NCBI RefSeq assembly: GCF_000143415.4
Contig: NW_003314265.1
Location: 980,815 to 1,044,814, forward strand
Direction of reading: 5' to 3'
Origin: Selaginella moellendorffii
Taxonomy: Eukaryota > Plantae > Lycopodiophyta
DNA length: 64,000 bases
A program made the position numbers and the translations under genes. The notes below the pieces were generated by a model. The model was given only the letters and a program-made list of their open reading frames with translations. It did not search any database and was not told the DNA's origin. Shown piece after piece: positions 1-11,720 of the stretch (its first letter is position 1; every line of letters starts with the position of its first letter).

Positions 1-237
1 GCATGGCCTTAGCGTAACGGGCTGCTATGTCGGTGGTACCTTTGAGTGTCGGTCATGGGATCGGACACGTGGAGCACTTGGACCAAGTGCAAATGTTGAG
101 TGGCATGGATGCCATTCTCGGGGCTAGCAAGTCCCAAGTCCTGGATTGGACTTATGGAGGTTGTGAATGAGACTCCTCCAAGTGGTCAGAGGTGTGGTTA
201 AGTGACTAAAGTAGAATGGAAAATTTAGTCGCTTACA
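1..237 (+). mobile_element. 3' end of an LTR of the same family as 836-7844 (element runs off the window)
   Basis: Closely matches 2293-2526 and 7609-7844 and ends in ...tttagtcgctTACA. It is not followed by a PBS, so it is a 3' or solo LTR. Confidence 0.85.
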
Positions 238-419
238 CATAAAAGACCTCTTGTTATAAAAATAAATTTAGAAAGTGAACATTAGATGCACTTATGTCGA
301 GTGAACCCTTTGATGATACTCTTAAAAAAAAGATAAATGGGTCACTGGTTTATTTGCATAAGGTCCCTTTGCTACTTGTGCAACTCCTCATTTCTTGAAA
401 ACATTTTAATATCTAGACT

Positions 420-830
420 TTCCATTGCAACAACACTAACAAAATATTATTAATGCCAAGGTCTCCACTTAGGAAATGAAAGTTGCCAATCCAGAAAATG
501 CTGACAATGTCGATAAGTGTGACAAACTTTATTATACACCCAATAATGGACATCATAGGCACGACCACATCCTCGCCCTTGTCTTTGAACTTGGGCAACA
601 ACAACATCAACCTCCATTGGAATAGGATTGTCTCCCATAGAAAGTGGAGTTGAAAGACGTGCAATGAAAAGTGGAAGAAATGACATTTTATAATATTGTG
701 CCAAGTGAAGAGCATTGCTAAGGATGGCAAAAGTAAATGCATGTACAAGTTTTTTAAAATCTTAATAAAGTGTTGGCCATAACATTCCCAACTTAATCCA
801 CTCTGATATATTTGGCTTTACACGGAGCAA
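420..830 (-). mobile_element. degenerate retrotransposon gag remnant (target of the nested insertion)
   Basis: Minus-strand peptide GDNPIPMEVDVVVAQVQRQGRG contains the gag-type PMEVD motif. Frames are broken. Similar decayed sequence resumes after 7850. Confidence 0.45.
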
Positions 831-835
831 GAGGC

Positions 836-2526
836 TATGAGACACAAATCCCTAAGCCCCAAAGTGGAGTTGAAAGGGTGCCACGTGGTAGTGGCCGAAG
901 CAAAAACTAAACGAGCGTAACACGTTTGGACTAAAAAGCTCCGACTTGAAAAGGTCGAGAATGGGAGTGGAACTTTTAACGAAGTGCTCGAGGAACGAGC
1001 ATGAAGCGAGCAATAAGCAAGGCTCTAAAAAGGGACCCAAAAAGGACCAACACATGACACGTGGAAGTGTCCGAGATGGACCCGAGTTGGGGTCCGAAGT
1101 GGAGTCCGAGATGGAGTCCGAGACGCAGTCCGAGATGGACCCGAGATGGAGTCTGAGATGAAGTCCGAGATGGAGTCTGAGATGGAGTCCGAGATGGACC
1201 TGAGATGGACCCGAGATGGAGTCCGAGATGGAGTCCGAGATGGAGTCCGAGATGGACCCGAGATGGAGTCTGAGATGGAGTCTGAGATGGCCCCGAGATG
1301 GAGTCCGAGATGGAGTCCGAGATGGACCCGAGATGGACCCGAGATGGAGTCCGAGATGGACCCGAGATGGAGTCCGAGATGGAGTCCGAGATGGAACCGA
1401 GACTGAGACCGAGACCGAGTCCGAGTCCGAAACCGGGACTGAGACCGAGTCTGAGTCCGAGTTCGAGCCCGAGTCCGAGTCCAAATACTAATACAGGTAG
1501 TTGGGTGAAAGCCCAAAGCGATCGTCCCCCAAGGGGGGGGGGGGCTACGGGGGGTTCCAAAAGTATAGTAGGGAGAGTGTGGGGGTTGGAGCCCAGTGGA
1601 GCCAATTTGGCTAGAAAAGGTCAGTTTGGCCTTGGGAAGGCCAATTTGGCCCAGGAAGGCCATACCTAGTGTTGGGTGATGAGCTGACCACTGGGAAGTC
1701 CAAGACTAGAGTGAATACGGACCGACAAGCGGGGTAGCTTGGTGAAGTGTTCAAGAGCCGGTTCTAATTCCCCCGGGAGATCGACTGACCGATGCTCCTA
1801 GTCCAAGTGTGGGTGGCACTACCTACTTGGATACCTGGTGTGGCTCAACGGAACCTTGCTCTAAGCCCATGGCTAAAGCACCCAAAGGCGGAAGGCGGGG
1901 AGAGTACCCATAAGGCCCGCGTAGGGCCACGGTGTTCCGAAATGTTGTCCCAAAGGCCCAGACTGTGGAAAGGAAGAGGAGTAGTCCTCTGGTGTAGTGA
2001 CTAAGGATACAGTCGAGTGGTGAGGAAGTCCCAGAGGACTGTGGGACTTAGTGGTCGGGCCTGTGGGCCTCGATCCAGTGGCAGTGTTGGCGAACACGGC
2101 CATGGGCAGAAAGGGACTTGGTGAAGACCGGAAAAGGGATATTGGGGAAGGCTATTCCCAATATCTGTGGGCATCCTAAGGATGTTAAGGAGTGGATTTG
2201 GAATGATCACTCATAGACGGATGGCCCAGTCCTTGAGAGATGGGACTGTGATGCCGGTGGTGTTAGACCACCGGTGTGATCGAGGTAAAGGGGCATGGCT
2301 TTAGCGTAACGGGCTGATATGTCGGTGGTACCTTGGGGTGTCGGTCAGGGGATCGGACACGTGGAGCACTTGGATCAAGTGCAAAGGTTGAGTGGCAGAG
2401 ATGCCATTTTCGGGGCTAGCAAGCCAAGTCTAAAATAGGACTTATGGAGGTTGTGAGTAAGACTCCTCCAAGTGGTTGGAGGTGTGGTTAAATGAGTAAA
2501 GTAGAATGAAAATTTAGTCCCTTACA
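836..2526 (+). repeat. 5' LTR (1691 bp)
   Basis: Direct repeat of 6563-7844. Starts TATGAGACAC (TG>TA change) and ends CTTACA. Confidence 0.93.
1070..1482. repeat. 11/12-bp minisatellite (GAGATGGAGTCC / GAGATGGACCC) followed by 6-bp CCGAGT-type repeats inside the 5' LTR
   Basis: Directly visible tandem units. They generate the repetitive pseudo-ORFs (MESE, RDGV, SISD, SRTP) on both strands. Confidence 0.95.
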
Positions 2527-2529
2527 ACT

Positions 2530-2541
2530 TGGTATTGGAGT
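2530..2541 (+). promoter_or_regulatory. primer-binding site, degenerate tRNA-iMet type
   Basis: TGGTATTGGAGT lies 3 nt after the 5' LTR; the canonical sequence is TGGTATCAGAGC. Confidence 0.7.
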
Positions 2542-5500
2542 TGTTCCTTATTTTGACTTTTATTGGTGCTCAAGTATATCACCACTGGTGTTTGCATCGG
2601 AAGGTCCTAGGAGTGGGCCTATCCTTGAGGAGTAGCAAGTCGGGAAGACATGGCTCTCCATTACAGTTCATGTGTGAACTTGTAGGTAAGGTGGTGGATA
2701 GAAAAGGGCCAATAATGGAACGACTTTGGGATCTTGGGAACAGTATAAGGGTTTCCTCAGAGAGCTGAGGATGTGATCCAGATGAGCGTTTGATGCAGCA
2801 AACGAACTAATGTAGTTGTGGTAAACAACTATAGTTGGGATCACGGGAAAGATGCAGACTCCAAAACAATAAAGGAGTCACAAGATTACCCTTATATGGT
2901 TGAGGTTGGTACTTATAAATTTGAGACCGGAATTGTTGACCGTGGGAGGTCAAATACAGAAGAGGACACCAGTCCTTGAAATGGTAGCCGAGGCTACCTC
3001 TAATAAATGTTGGAACAACGCAAGGAGTTGGGGGTGTACTTAAAAATGAGTTGCTATTCTCATCACATGGACAAGTAGTTATAAGGGGCAAAGGTTAGCC
3101 CCAAGAAAATCATCAACTGTTAGAGTAACACTTGCAAAGATTGTCCTTGTGAGTAGGACATGAATACAAGAAGTTGTATTCCAGTGAGTTGGCACCTCTA
3201 AGACTGAGACCTCGCAGGTTGTTGGATTAGCAAAGTCCAAAATGCTGGATGACTCAAGTGGAGTTAGGGAATGGTCCTAAAGGATTGGTTGGAGCATTTG
3301 GACTGAGGCGTATGGTGCCCCATGAGGTATGGGGAGGATCATAAAATCTAAATATGAGAATAGTAGGTATTTCATTGATGGTAGAATGTGCCATACTAAA
3401 GTTGTGGGAAAAATGTTCCCAGAAAAAAGCAACTTTGGCCCAGAGTTGGGTGCAAACACTATGGTGCGGTGCTAACGGATAGTTAGCATGGGGAACAACT
3501 ATATTGGTTTTGGCAAAGACCTAGACACTAATAAGTAGTGTCATAAGGGTAGGCTCGTGGGGCCGATAGTGTGGAAACACCAAATGTGCCAAGGGGTGAT
3601 ACCTTGAGGTTATGATGGTGGGTTCATAAGAACCCCTTGCCAAGGGAATCCCAACGGAAGCGGGAATGGCATGGCCTAAGCTGGAAGGCATGCGGTTGGA
3701 GTGTGGTGACCCAGATAATGATGGAGGTGTGGAAGCACCAAGCAATGAGTTGTAGGACTTGACAACTATGGGGCAACTAAGCAAGAAGTGCAAGATAATT
3801 GGTTAAATGGGTAGAAGGTAGCTACCCAAGACTTCTTAATGGCATAAGGAAGTTAGATATACCCTTACGGGGGATAAATTGTTTATGTTGCAATATAGTA
3901 AGTCAATGTTGTAAATGGAAATGCCCATTGTCAGGAGGCCATCATTGGGACACCCAAACACTCTAGAATACCAAGAGGTGGTGTTTCGTGTCGCAAGGGC
4001 AATAGATAAGGCCCAAGGGACTAAGTCCCTAACGAATGATGGATAGTAGGTGCTATCCAAATGTCCAAGGTTGTGGAGACAAGAGAAGACTGTCTACCCG
4101 AATTGGACAAAGCCAAAAAAGGAATTTTGGCAAGGTTAGTGATGGGCATGTAAAGGCCCATAAGCAACAACGTTAATCCTAATGTGTGGGATTATAAAGT
4201 GAGCATGCCCAAGATTGAGGAACCACTCCCTAGGCTATCGGGTAGGTTCATCCTTAAGAATACTTGTTAAGGCATAGTAAAATGTGCAAAGCTATCCTCC
4301 TAGTCTGGAGGAGAATAACCAAATGAAACATATAAGGCCAAAAGGCAAATAATATTGGGATGGAACTGAACCATAGAAATTAAAGGGCATATCCAACGGT
4401 GGTTATGCAAGTTGGGAGTGGAGAATCAAAAGGGTGCTCGAAGATGTTATTGCTAGCAACTGTGATACCATGGAGAGTCTAAAATATGGAATTGTCCATG
4501 TTAGACTATATGGCAACTATAAAGCTTGCGAAAAGGGAAGCCTTAGCAAGTTAAGGGACAGAGTTCCTTCAAGGTTCCCAAAGACGATTCTAGGTAACTT
4601 AGTACCTAGAAAGGCCAAGTGTAAATTGTTCATGGAACGCACGAAATCAGAGTGGCGCAGCAGAAGCGTGGTCTTGAAGCTTGCCATGAGGCAAGGCTAT
4701 CAAGGTTAGGGAAGTAGTTCCCGAGTGTTCAAAGAGAGGGCTTTGAACGAAAATCGATGGTCAAGGACTTTCACGCTTATGCAGGAACCATATTACAGTG
4801 GTCAGAGGATTTGCCAAGCGAGATTGGCATGTCGGGGGAACAAATACCCTAGGTGATAACTTCAAAAAGGGTGGGCCATGGGGCCAAGCATGGAGGAGTC
4901 CATGCATGATCACAGACTTGTCAAGTGAGAGGACTTGGCAGTGTGAAGGAACTAGGTTCTTAAGCTGTGATCTGTAGCGCGTTTTAAATATAAGTTGGTG
5001 CACCAACGTGATGAATCATGCCAGGCATCCTGGGTGATGCCGTCTGTAAATGCATATACGGAGGTTGGGTTCGAGTCCCGACCCTTTAGTGCTTGGGTTC
5101 GAGTCCCAAATCACTAGGGCGTGGTGATGGTTTGGAATATGAGGACACTCATATTTCGGTGGTCATGGACTCTCAGTGAGGAGACTAGCTTGGGCACACC
5201 GTTAAGTGGGGGATGCTCCGGAGTCGTGATACACGGTTAGATTGCTTAGTGTGGTTCGGCATATCTAACTTGAACACTTTGGTGCGAGTGGCACCAAGGA
5301 CGTGGTGAATGAGATGGGGACACCCAGTCTCAGTTGCTATGGACCCTTGGCCGGAAGGGCTAACTTGGGCACACCGCCAAGTGTGGGGGATGCCCCCGGG
5401 GTCATGGTCAACAAGTTAAAGGTCTGGGAGATCTAGTACTTATTCGCAAACCTGTTAAGGTGTCAAGATTAGATCACTAGGTGATCGTATGGCTAAACAA

Positions 5501-6550
5501 GGACGAAGTCCTTTTGAGGTTAAGGAACAAGGTTTCTAGTTCAAAGCATTGATTTGAACTATTGATAATGGTGTGGCTTGGTCAAGATGACCAAGTGGGA
5601 AGGACACCTAAGGGAAATGAACTACAACGATACAATGGTATTATGAATTCAAGAAAGTAGTCTCTAGAAAGGACCTATGGGAAGGTCACAATGTTGGGCC
5701 GTGGAAGGGGCCCATAGCAGAAGTTGCTAAAGAGACCTACTAGGGGTGAGCACCCTCTGGACTTGGCAAAGTGGAGCTTTGCCATGGAACCAAAAGAATA
5801 CCTCAAGGAGGGAGGTAGTGATCCTTTGTTGCTTGATGCAATAATCAATGGATAGGAGCAAAAGATTAGTGGCCAAGTTTGGGCCCTGGAATTTAATGGG
5901 AGGAATCCAAATGGCGAGGTTAGCCAAAGAACACTAATGTATTTGATGCTAACGGATTGCGGGAAAGGAAGTGGACTTCCAATGTTAAATTCCCAAGTGC
6001 TCCAATTTGGCAAAGTAAAAGCTCCAAGTGAGGAGCGGCAAAGTAGCCAAAGGATAGGGCTGTGGACGATGATAATTGGAACGTAATGCCAAGGGTGGCA
6101 CAAAATAGAAAAGAGGAGGATGGTGCCCTCAAGTAGAGGACTTCCTAGGATAAGGAAGTGGACTTGCACAATATGTGCAATGCAAGGTGTCAGAGACACC
6201 TAAGAAATTGACTTCAAGAAGTCAAAAGTAAACGTTCCAAAGTGCAAAGGTTATGTCGATAGAATCTAAGACTACTCGAGAATGAGTAGTGGAATTGAGT
6301 TAAAGACGATGTCTCTAACGGGTTTAGTGAGAACTGAACCAATAAAAGGGAGCAAATCACCCCAAGGGGCCGAATGAATCTCTATGTTGAAGAGACTATG
6401 CTCCTTAGAAGATGGACAAAGCATGGTGAGCCTTCGGTGTCAAACCATAGACAAATATTGGCCGAGGGCCAAGGATGGAAACAATAATACATGTGGGTGT
6501 TACTTTATAAAAGGGTTTATCGTTCGATGAGGACATCGAATTTCGTCTAT

Positions 6551-6562
6551 AGGTGGTGGAGT
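6551..6562 (+). promoter_or_regulatory. polypurine tract
   Basis: AGGTGGTGGAGT immediately precedes the TG of the 3' LTR. Confidence 0.7.
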
Positions 6563-7844
6563 TGTGAGACACAAATCCCTAAGCCCCAAAGTGGAGCCGA
6601 AAGGGTGCCACATGGTAATGGCTGAAGCAAAAACCAAACGAGCATAACACGTTTGGATTAAAAAGCTCCGACTTGAAAAGGTTGAGAGTGGGAGTGGAAC
6701 TTCTAACGAAGTGCTCGAGGAACGAGCATGAAGCAAGAAATAAGCAAGGTTCCAAAAAGGGACCCAAAAAGGACCAACACATGACACGTGGAAGTGTCCG
6801 AGATGGACCCGAGTTGGGGTCCGAAGTGGAGTCCGAGATGGAGTTCGAGATGGACCCGAGATGGAGTCTGAGATGGACCCAAGATGGAGTCCGAGATGGA
6901 ACCGAAACCCAGTGGAGCCAGTTTGGCTAGAAAAGGCCAGTTTGGCCCCGGGAAGGCCAGTTTGGCCCAGGAAGGCCATACCCAGTGTTGGGTGATGAGC
7001 TGACCACTGGGAAGTCCAAGACTAGAGTGAATACGGACCGACAAGCGGGGTAGCTTGGTGAAGTGTTCAAGAGCCGGTTCTAGTTCCCCCGGGAGATCGA
7101 CTAACCGATGCTCCTAGTCCAAGTGTGGGTGGCATTACCTACTTGGATACCTGGTGTGGCTCAACAGAACCTCGCTCTAAGCCCATGGCTAAAGCACCCA
7201 AAGGCGGAAGGTGGGGAGAGTACCCATAAGGCCCGCGTAGGGCCACGGTGTTCCGAAATGTTGTCCCAAAGGCCCAGACTGTGGAAAGGAAGAGGAGTAG
7301 TCCTCTGGTGTAGTGACCAAGGATACAGTCGAGTGGTGAGGAAGTCCCAGAGGACTGTGGGACTTAGTGGTCGGGCCTGTGGGCCTTGATCCAGTGGCAG
7401 TGTTGGCAAACATGGCCATGGGCAGAAAGGGACTTGGTGAAGACCGGAAAAGGGATATTGGGGAAGGCTATTCCCCATGTCTGTGGGCATCCTAAGGATG
7501 TTAAGGAGTGGATTTGGAATGATCACTCATGGACGGATGGCCCAGTCCTTGAGAGATGGGACTGTGATGCCGGTGGTGTTAGACCACCGGTGTGACCGAG
7601 GTAAAGGGGCATGGCTTTAGCGTAACGGGCTGATATGTCGGTGGTACCTTGGGGTGTCGGTCAGGGGATTGGACACGTGGAGCACTTGGATCAAGTGCAA
7701 AGGTTGAGTGGTGGGGATGCCATTTTCAGGGCTAGCAAGCCCAAGTCTAAAATAGGACTTATGGAGGTTGTGAGTGAGACTCCTCCAAGTGGTTGGAGGT
7801 GTGGTTAAGTGACTAAAGTAGAATGGAAAATTTAGTCCCTTACA
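6563..7844 (+). repeat. 3' LTR (1282 bp)
   Basis: TGTGAGAC...CTTACA. Has a shorter minisatellite and lacks the segment of about 1395-1590 present in the 5' LTR. Confidence 0.93.
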
Positions 7845-9765
7845 GAGGCTTCAAAAATAAATGTTAAATTGCATCACAGACTCAAATGGCTCTTAACAAG
7901 AACAATATAATTGTTGAAAGGCATTATCATAATTGTTGGCATATCCAAATGCTCTAATCCTTACAAGTGGCTGCACTTAAATTATTGTACCATTACAACA
8001 CTGTTTTTAGAGACACGTGGCAAATTCATAGAGATACCAAGCATCATCACAAAAATGACATATGGCAATCACCATGAAGTGATCAAACTAGTGGTCTATA
8101 TCATCCCTAAAGTTCCCACAGAAGAACTCCAACAGGACTCAAGGATTGGCAACAAGAGTAGGAGGAGTTGTACCATATATTGGAAATTCCACTATCAATT
8201 GAGTTTGATTGTTTAAATATAATTATATAACATCGAGCAATTGCACCAACTGTTGCTCCAGAGTCAAAAGAGGAGGAGGCTATTGCCCTATTATAAAAAT
8301 GAACGAAAAGGAAAAGAGCAAAAGAGAAGAAATTAAAAAAGCTATAAGGAAAAAGAAATCTAGATAATATAAAAGTTAGATATATAGCAGAATCCCAAAT
8401 CCAAGCACTCTTTAAGGATAATCAAAATTGCACCATACTTCCACCAATGTGAATGTATGGAATATGAAAATGAATATAAAAAATGTAATATCCATTACCC
8501 CAAAAACTTTAATTTATATATAAGAGCGAGTAGTTCGAATTGAAATTAATCCGATGGTTATCGAAATCCCACTATGCTAATATTAAAATATAGCATTGTA
8601 ACTGTACACTTATACTTAGACCTTATATATATAGCATAATTCAATTTATAATTTCTCCTTTAACTTCTTTTACACTATTCATCTAGAACTAAAAGAACTT
8701 TTATGGTTATATGATGTAACAGTTTTCACTTTTATTAGGTGATATGAATTTTTATAATTGTATTTTTAAAAATCTATATGAGATTTTATAGGAAAAATGT
8801 AATTATATTTTGTAGATTAAATTATATATTAATTGTTTTTAATTTTTTATAAAATAAATTTATTATTTTTTAATAAATAAATTTTAAGATGTTATTTTTT
8901 AAAGAATTGAAAATATTGATGTTCAATTTGTAAGAACTAACTAGTAAATACTACTTTAAATGTCTTTTTTACTTAGTTTTTAGTTTTTTAGTAGTTTTTT
9001 TTATTATATTTTTAATTTGTTTATTTTCTTGTTGGAAATATAAGGTAGGAAGTTCTTTTTATTTTTCATTTAATATATTTTTTATATTTTTCTATTATAG
9101 TAAATATAAAATTTATAAATATTTTTTGGTATCTTATTTCACAATATAAAAATTTAACTTATGTAAATAAAATATTTGAGATTTAATAAATATAATATTT
9201 ATCATTAGTTGGTGAAAATGTAAAATAATCATGTTACTAAAAGGTTTTGTGTTTTTGTAGGATAATATACTAGAAATCTTTTTCAAATTAAGATAACCAA
9301 AAAAATTTTATACCTAAATGCAAGGTGATAATATTCATTATTGTGTGGTATATAGCTTTTTTGAAGCATTCGAAACGGTTCTAAAAATTCACATGCAGTC
9401 AATACATAAATTTGAGTAGTTGCTATTTTTATATTGATAAAATGTAAGAAAATATTTCTTCTTTATGTTTTTTAATATTTAAAACTTTATATCAAAATAT
9501 TTTATAATTATATATGATTATAAATAGTTTATATTATAATGTTACAAATCACATACATTAGACATTTAAATTTAATATATGAATTGTGATAAAAAGATAA
9601 ATTAACTTTATTAATTATAAGAAACCTTCCTTGTTTAAACTTAAACATTATTAATTATTTGAGAGGAAATTGTTCATTTATCTATTTGAATATCATTTAT
9701 TTCAGGTGACACTCACGACCTATCGAAATTGGATCTATGAGCGTTTTAAAAGAACACAAGAAATT

Positions 9766-10671
9766 CTAAAAGTCCTCGTTCATGTCGAATCTTGGTGGCT
9801 CGCTTATACCCAGTCGTCTGCCTCGCAAAATCGCTAGCACGTCGTTCTTTCCTTTGGGAAAGTGGTACGCTCGATCTCTCTCCCACCGAAAGAATGCTCC
9901 CTTGAGAGCCTCCTCGATCTCCTCCTTCCGCCTCTTGGACTCGGCCGCGTGTTTGGCCTCCACCTCGAGCATCCTTTCCTCGCAAAGAGCTTTGAGTCCC
10001 TTGAGCTGGTAGAACTTTGCCTCTTCGTAGATTCCTCTGAGTGATGGCAAATCTTCCAGCCACAGCGTCCCCTCCCTGAGGTAATTCAGGACATGAGCGA
10101 ATCGGCTGCCATCTCGATCGATTCGCAGCTCCTCCTCGTCGCTGCGGTACCGGAGCACCCAGGCAGCGAGCATGGATCCGGAATCCATGCATAGAGTCTC
10201 CACCGTAGTTGTCCACCGGATGCCCCCAACGTTCATCACAACCCATCTATCCGACGATCCGATCTTGGGCCTCGTATCCTCCCGATCAGCCCCAGATAAA
10301 CAATGGTTGGGAATTTCTCCTTCCTGCTCTCCGCGACGATCATCCGGAGAAACCCTGGCACCGCGGTGTCGATCCGCCTCCTGCAAATTCTGCTCGAATT
10401 CCGCTGCGATCGCTGAGAAGGACGCGTGATCCAAAGCGATGTCTGCCAGATAAGGAGGAGCCGCGGCGGCAGTGGCGTCCTGGCTCCCTGAATCTAGATC
10501 CACGCCATCGACGAACCTGATCAGCGGCCTGGACGAGGAATTCGTCGCGAAATTCGGAGTGGATCGCCATCCCTGGAAGAGAATCGGTACTCCATCGTCG
10601 CTGTGGCGCTCCTCTTCCTCCGCCAGGGCATCCTCGGGCAATGCCTCCATTATTAGGTCGTGGAGATTCAT
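9766..10671 (-). CDS. BTB/POZ (KCTD/T1-type) domain protein, single exon
   Basis: Motifs VVMNVGGIRWTTTVETL, IDRDGSRFAHVLNYLREG and IYEEAKFYQLKGL. First ATG is at 10671 (alternative 10650). Confidence 0.85.
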   Translation of the reverse strand: MNLHDLIMEALPEDALAEEEERHSDDGVPILFQGWRSTPNFATNSSSRPLIRFVDGVDLDSGSQDATAAAAPPYLADIALDHASFSAIAAEFEQNLQEADRHRGARVSPDDRRGEQEGEIPNHCLSGADREDTRPKIGSSDRWVVMNVGGIRWTTTVETLCMDSGSMLAAWVLRYRSDEEELRIDRDGSRFAHVLNYLREGTLWLEDLPSLRGIYEEAKFYQLKGLKALCEERMLEVEAKHAAESKRRKEEIEEALKGAFFRWERDRAYHFPKGKNDVLAILRGRRLGISEPPRFDMNEDF

Positions 10672-10949
10672 CTTCCATAGAAGCAAGGCCAGAGATTTTT
10701 AAAAGGTCACAGCAAGACAATCCAGCACCAATAAAGTGCCATGTCAGCGCGCCCAAATGCCACATGTCAGTTTTTTGTTGGGTGCCAATAAGAACGTTAA
10801 AAAAATGCGAAGAAAATCCAACCATGAGAGAAGCTCGATCTGTGAAGGTTTTATTTTCAGAAAACCTGTAGAGTAGCGGATGAGAGATTATGTAGCAAAG
10901 GAAAAGAATAGGAATCGATCATGGTGACCATCGATCAGAAAAACGAAGG

Positions 10950-11595
10950 CTATAATCCAGCTCTCACATACTTGCGACGAAGGCTTTCGATCTGGTCCTC
11001 GGCCGATTTTACGACCTCACTGCAAGGCGCCTTTGTAGCTGCAAGGGGAACAGAGAAGAACAATGGAAACATTTGTTAGATCTTGCTCGTCGCAGCAAAC
11101 TATGTCAAGAATTTGGATCTTACGCTGGAACTTTGCGGCGAGCTCCTTGTACGTGTTCTGCTAGCAAAAGAATGTCAAAAGAAACAAACAAGAAATATTT
11201 CCAGCTATGTGTTACCTCGATATCCAGGAGATCTTCCTCGTACTCCGTTGCAAAGATCTTCCACGCCCGATTGGCCGCATCGGCGCGCTTTGCCGCCTCT
11301 TCCTGCTCTGCCTGTGAAAGAAGTTTCATCCCACCGCAGCACGATCGGCATAGCTAGCTCAGCGACTGCTTACCTCCACTCGCTTCCTGAGCTTCTGGCG
11401 TGTCGATTCCAGCTCCTTGCCACAAGCCGCCTGGATCTTTTCCGCATCGGCGCGCAGGCTCTCGATCCGAGAATCCAAGCAAGCTCGCAAGGCGGCGAGA
11501 TCGGAGACATTCTTCACGGGAGAAGAAGGCGCCAGCGGCGATGCAGGCGATGGCGCAGTGGCGGCATTCCTTCTCCGGCCCCGTCGAGCGCTCAT
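10950..11595 (-). CDS. small coiled-coil protein of unknown function (4 exons)
   Basis: Manual splicing through three short GT-AG introns gives MSARRGRRR...KLRKRVE|AEQEEAAKR...DLLDIE|(Q)NTYKELAAKFQ|PTKAPCSEVVKSAEDQIESLRRKYVRAGL*. It resembles an uncharacterised land-plant family from memory. Confidence 0.7.
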
Positions 11596-11720
11596 CTTTC
11601 TTTCTCTTGCCCCAAAATATTTCCAAACCCTAGCCTCGCCCGCCAAAAGTTTGCGTTTTAAAACTCAAGCTTTTGCCGCCTTTAGGATTAGGGTTCTTGG
11701 AGTGGGAGTTTCTCTTATGC

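Larger units (their letters stand above)
836..7844 (+). mobile_element. full-length LTR retrotransposon with decayed internal region (probably Ty3/gypsy-derived, non-autonomous)
   Basis: Two direct LTRs (836-2526, 6563-7844) with T(G/A)TGAGAC...CTTACA termini. 5-bp TSD GAGGC at 831-835 and 7845-7849. PBS-like TGGTATTGGAG after the 5' LTR and a purine tract before the 3' LTR. No long sense ORF inside. Confidence 0.93.

Noticed and set aside
852-1669. Many overlapping 90-210 aa ORFs on both strands (MESE/RDGV/SISD repeats)
   Set aside because: By-products of a stop-poor LTR minisatellite; no evidence of real proteins.
8400-9700. Extremely AT-rich tract as a defined element
   Set aside because: No termini, TSD or coding remnants could be identified.
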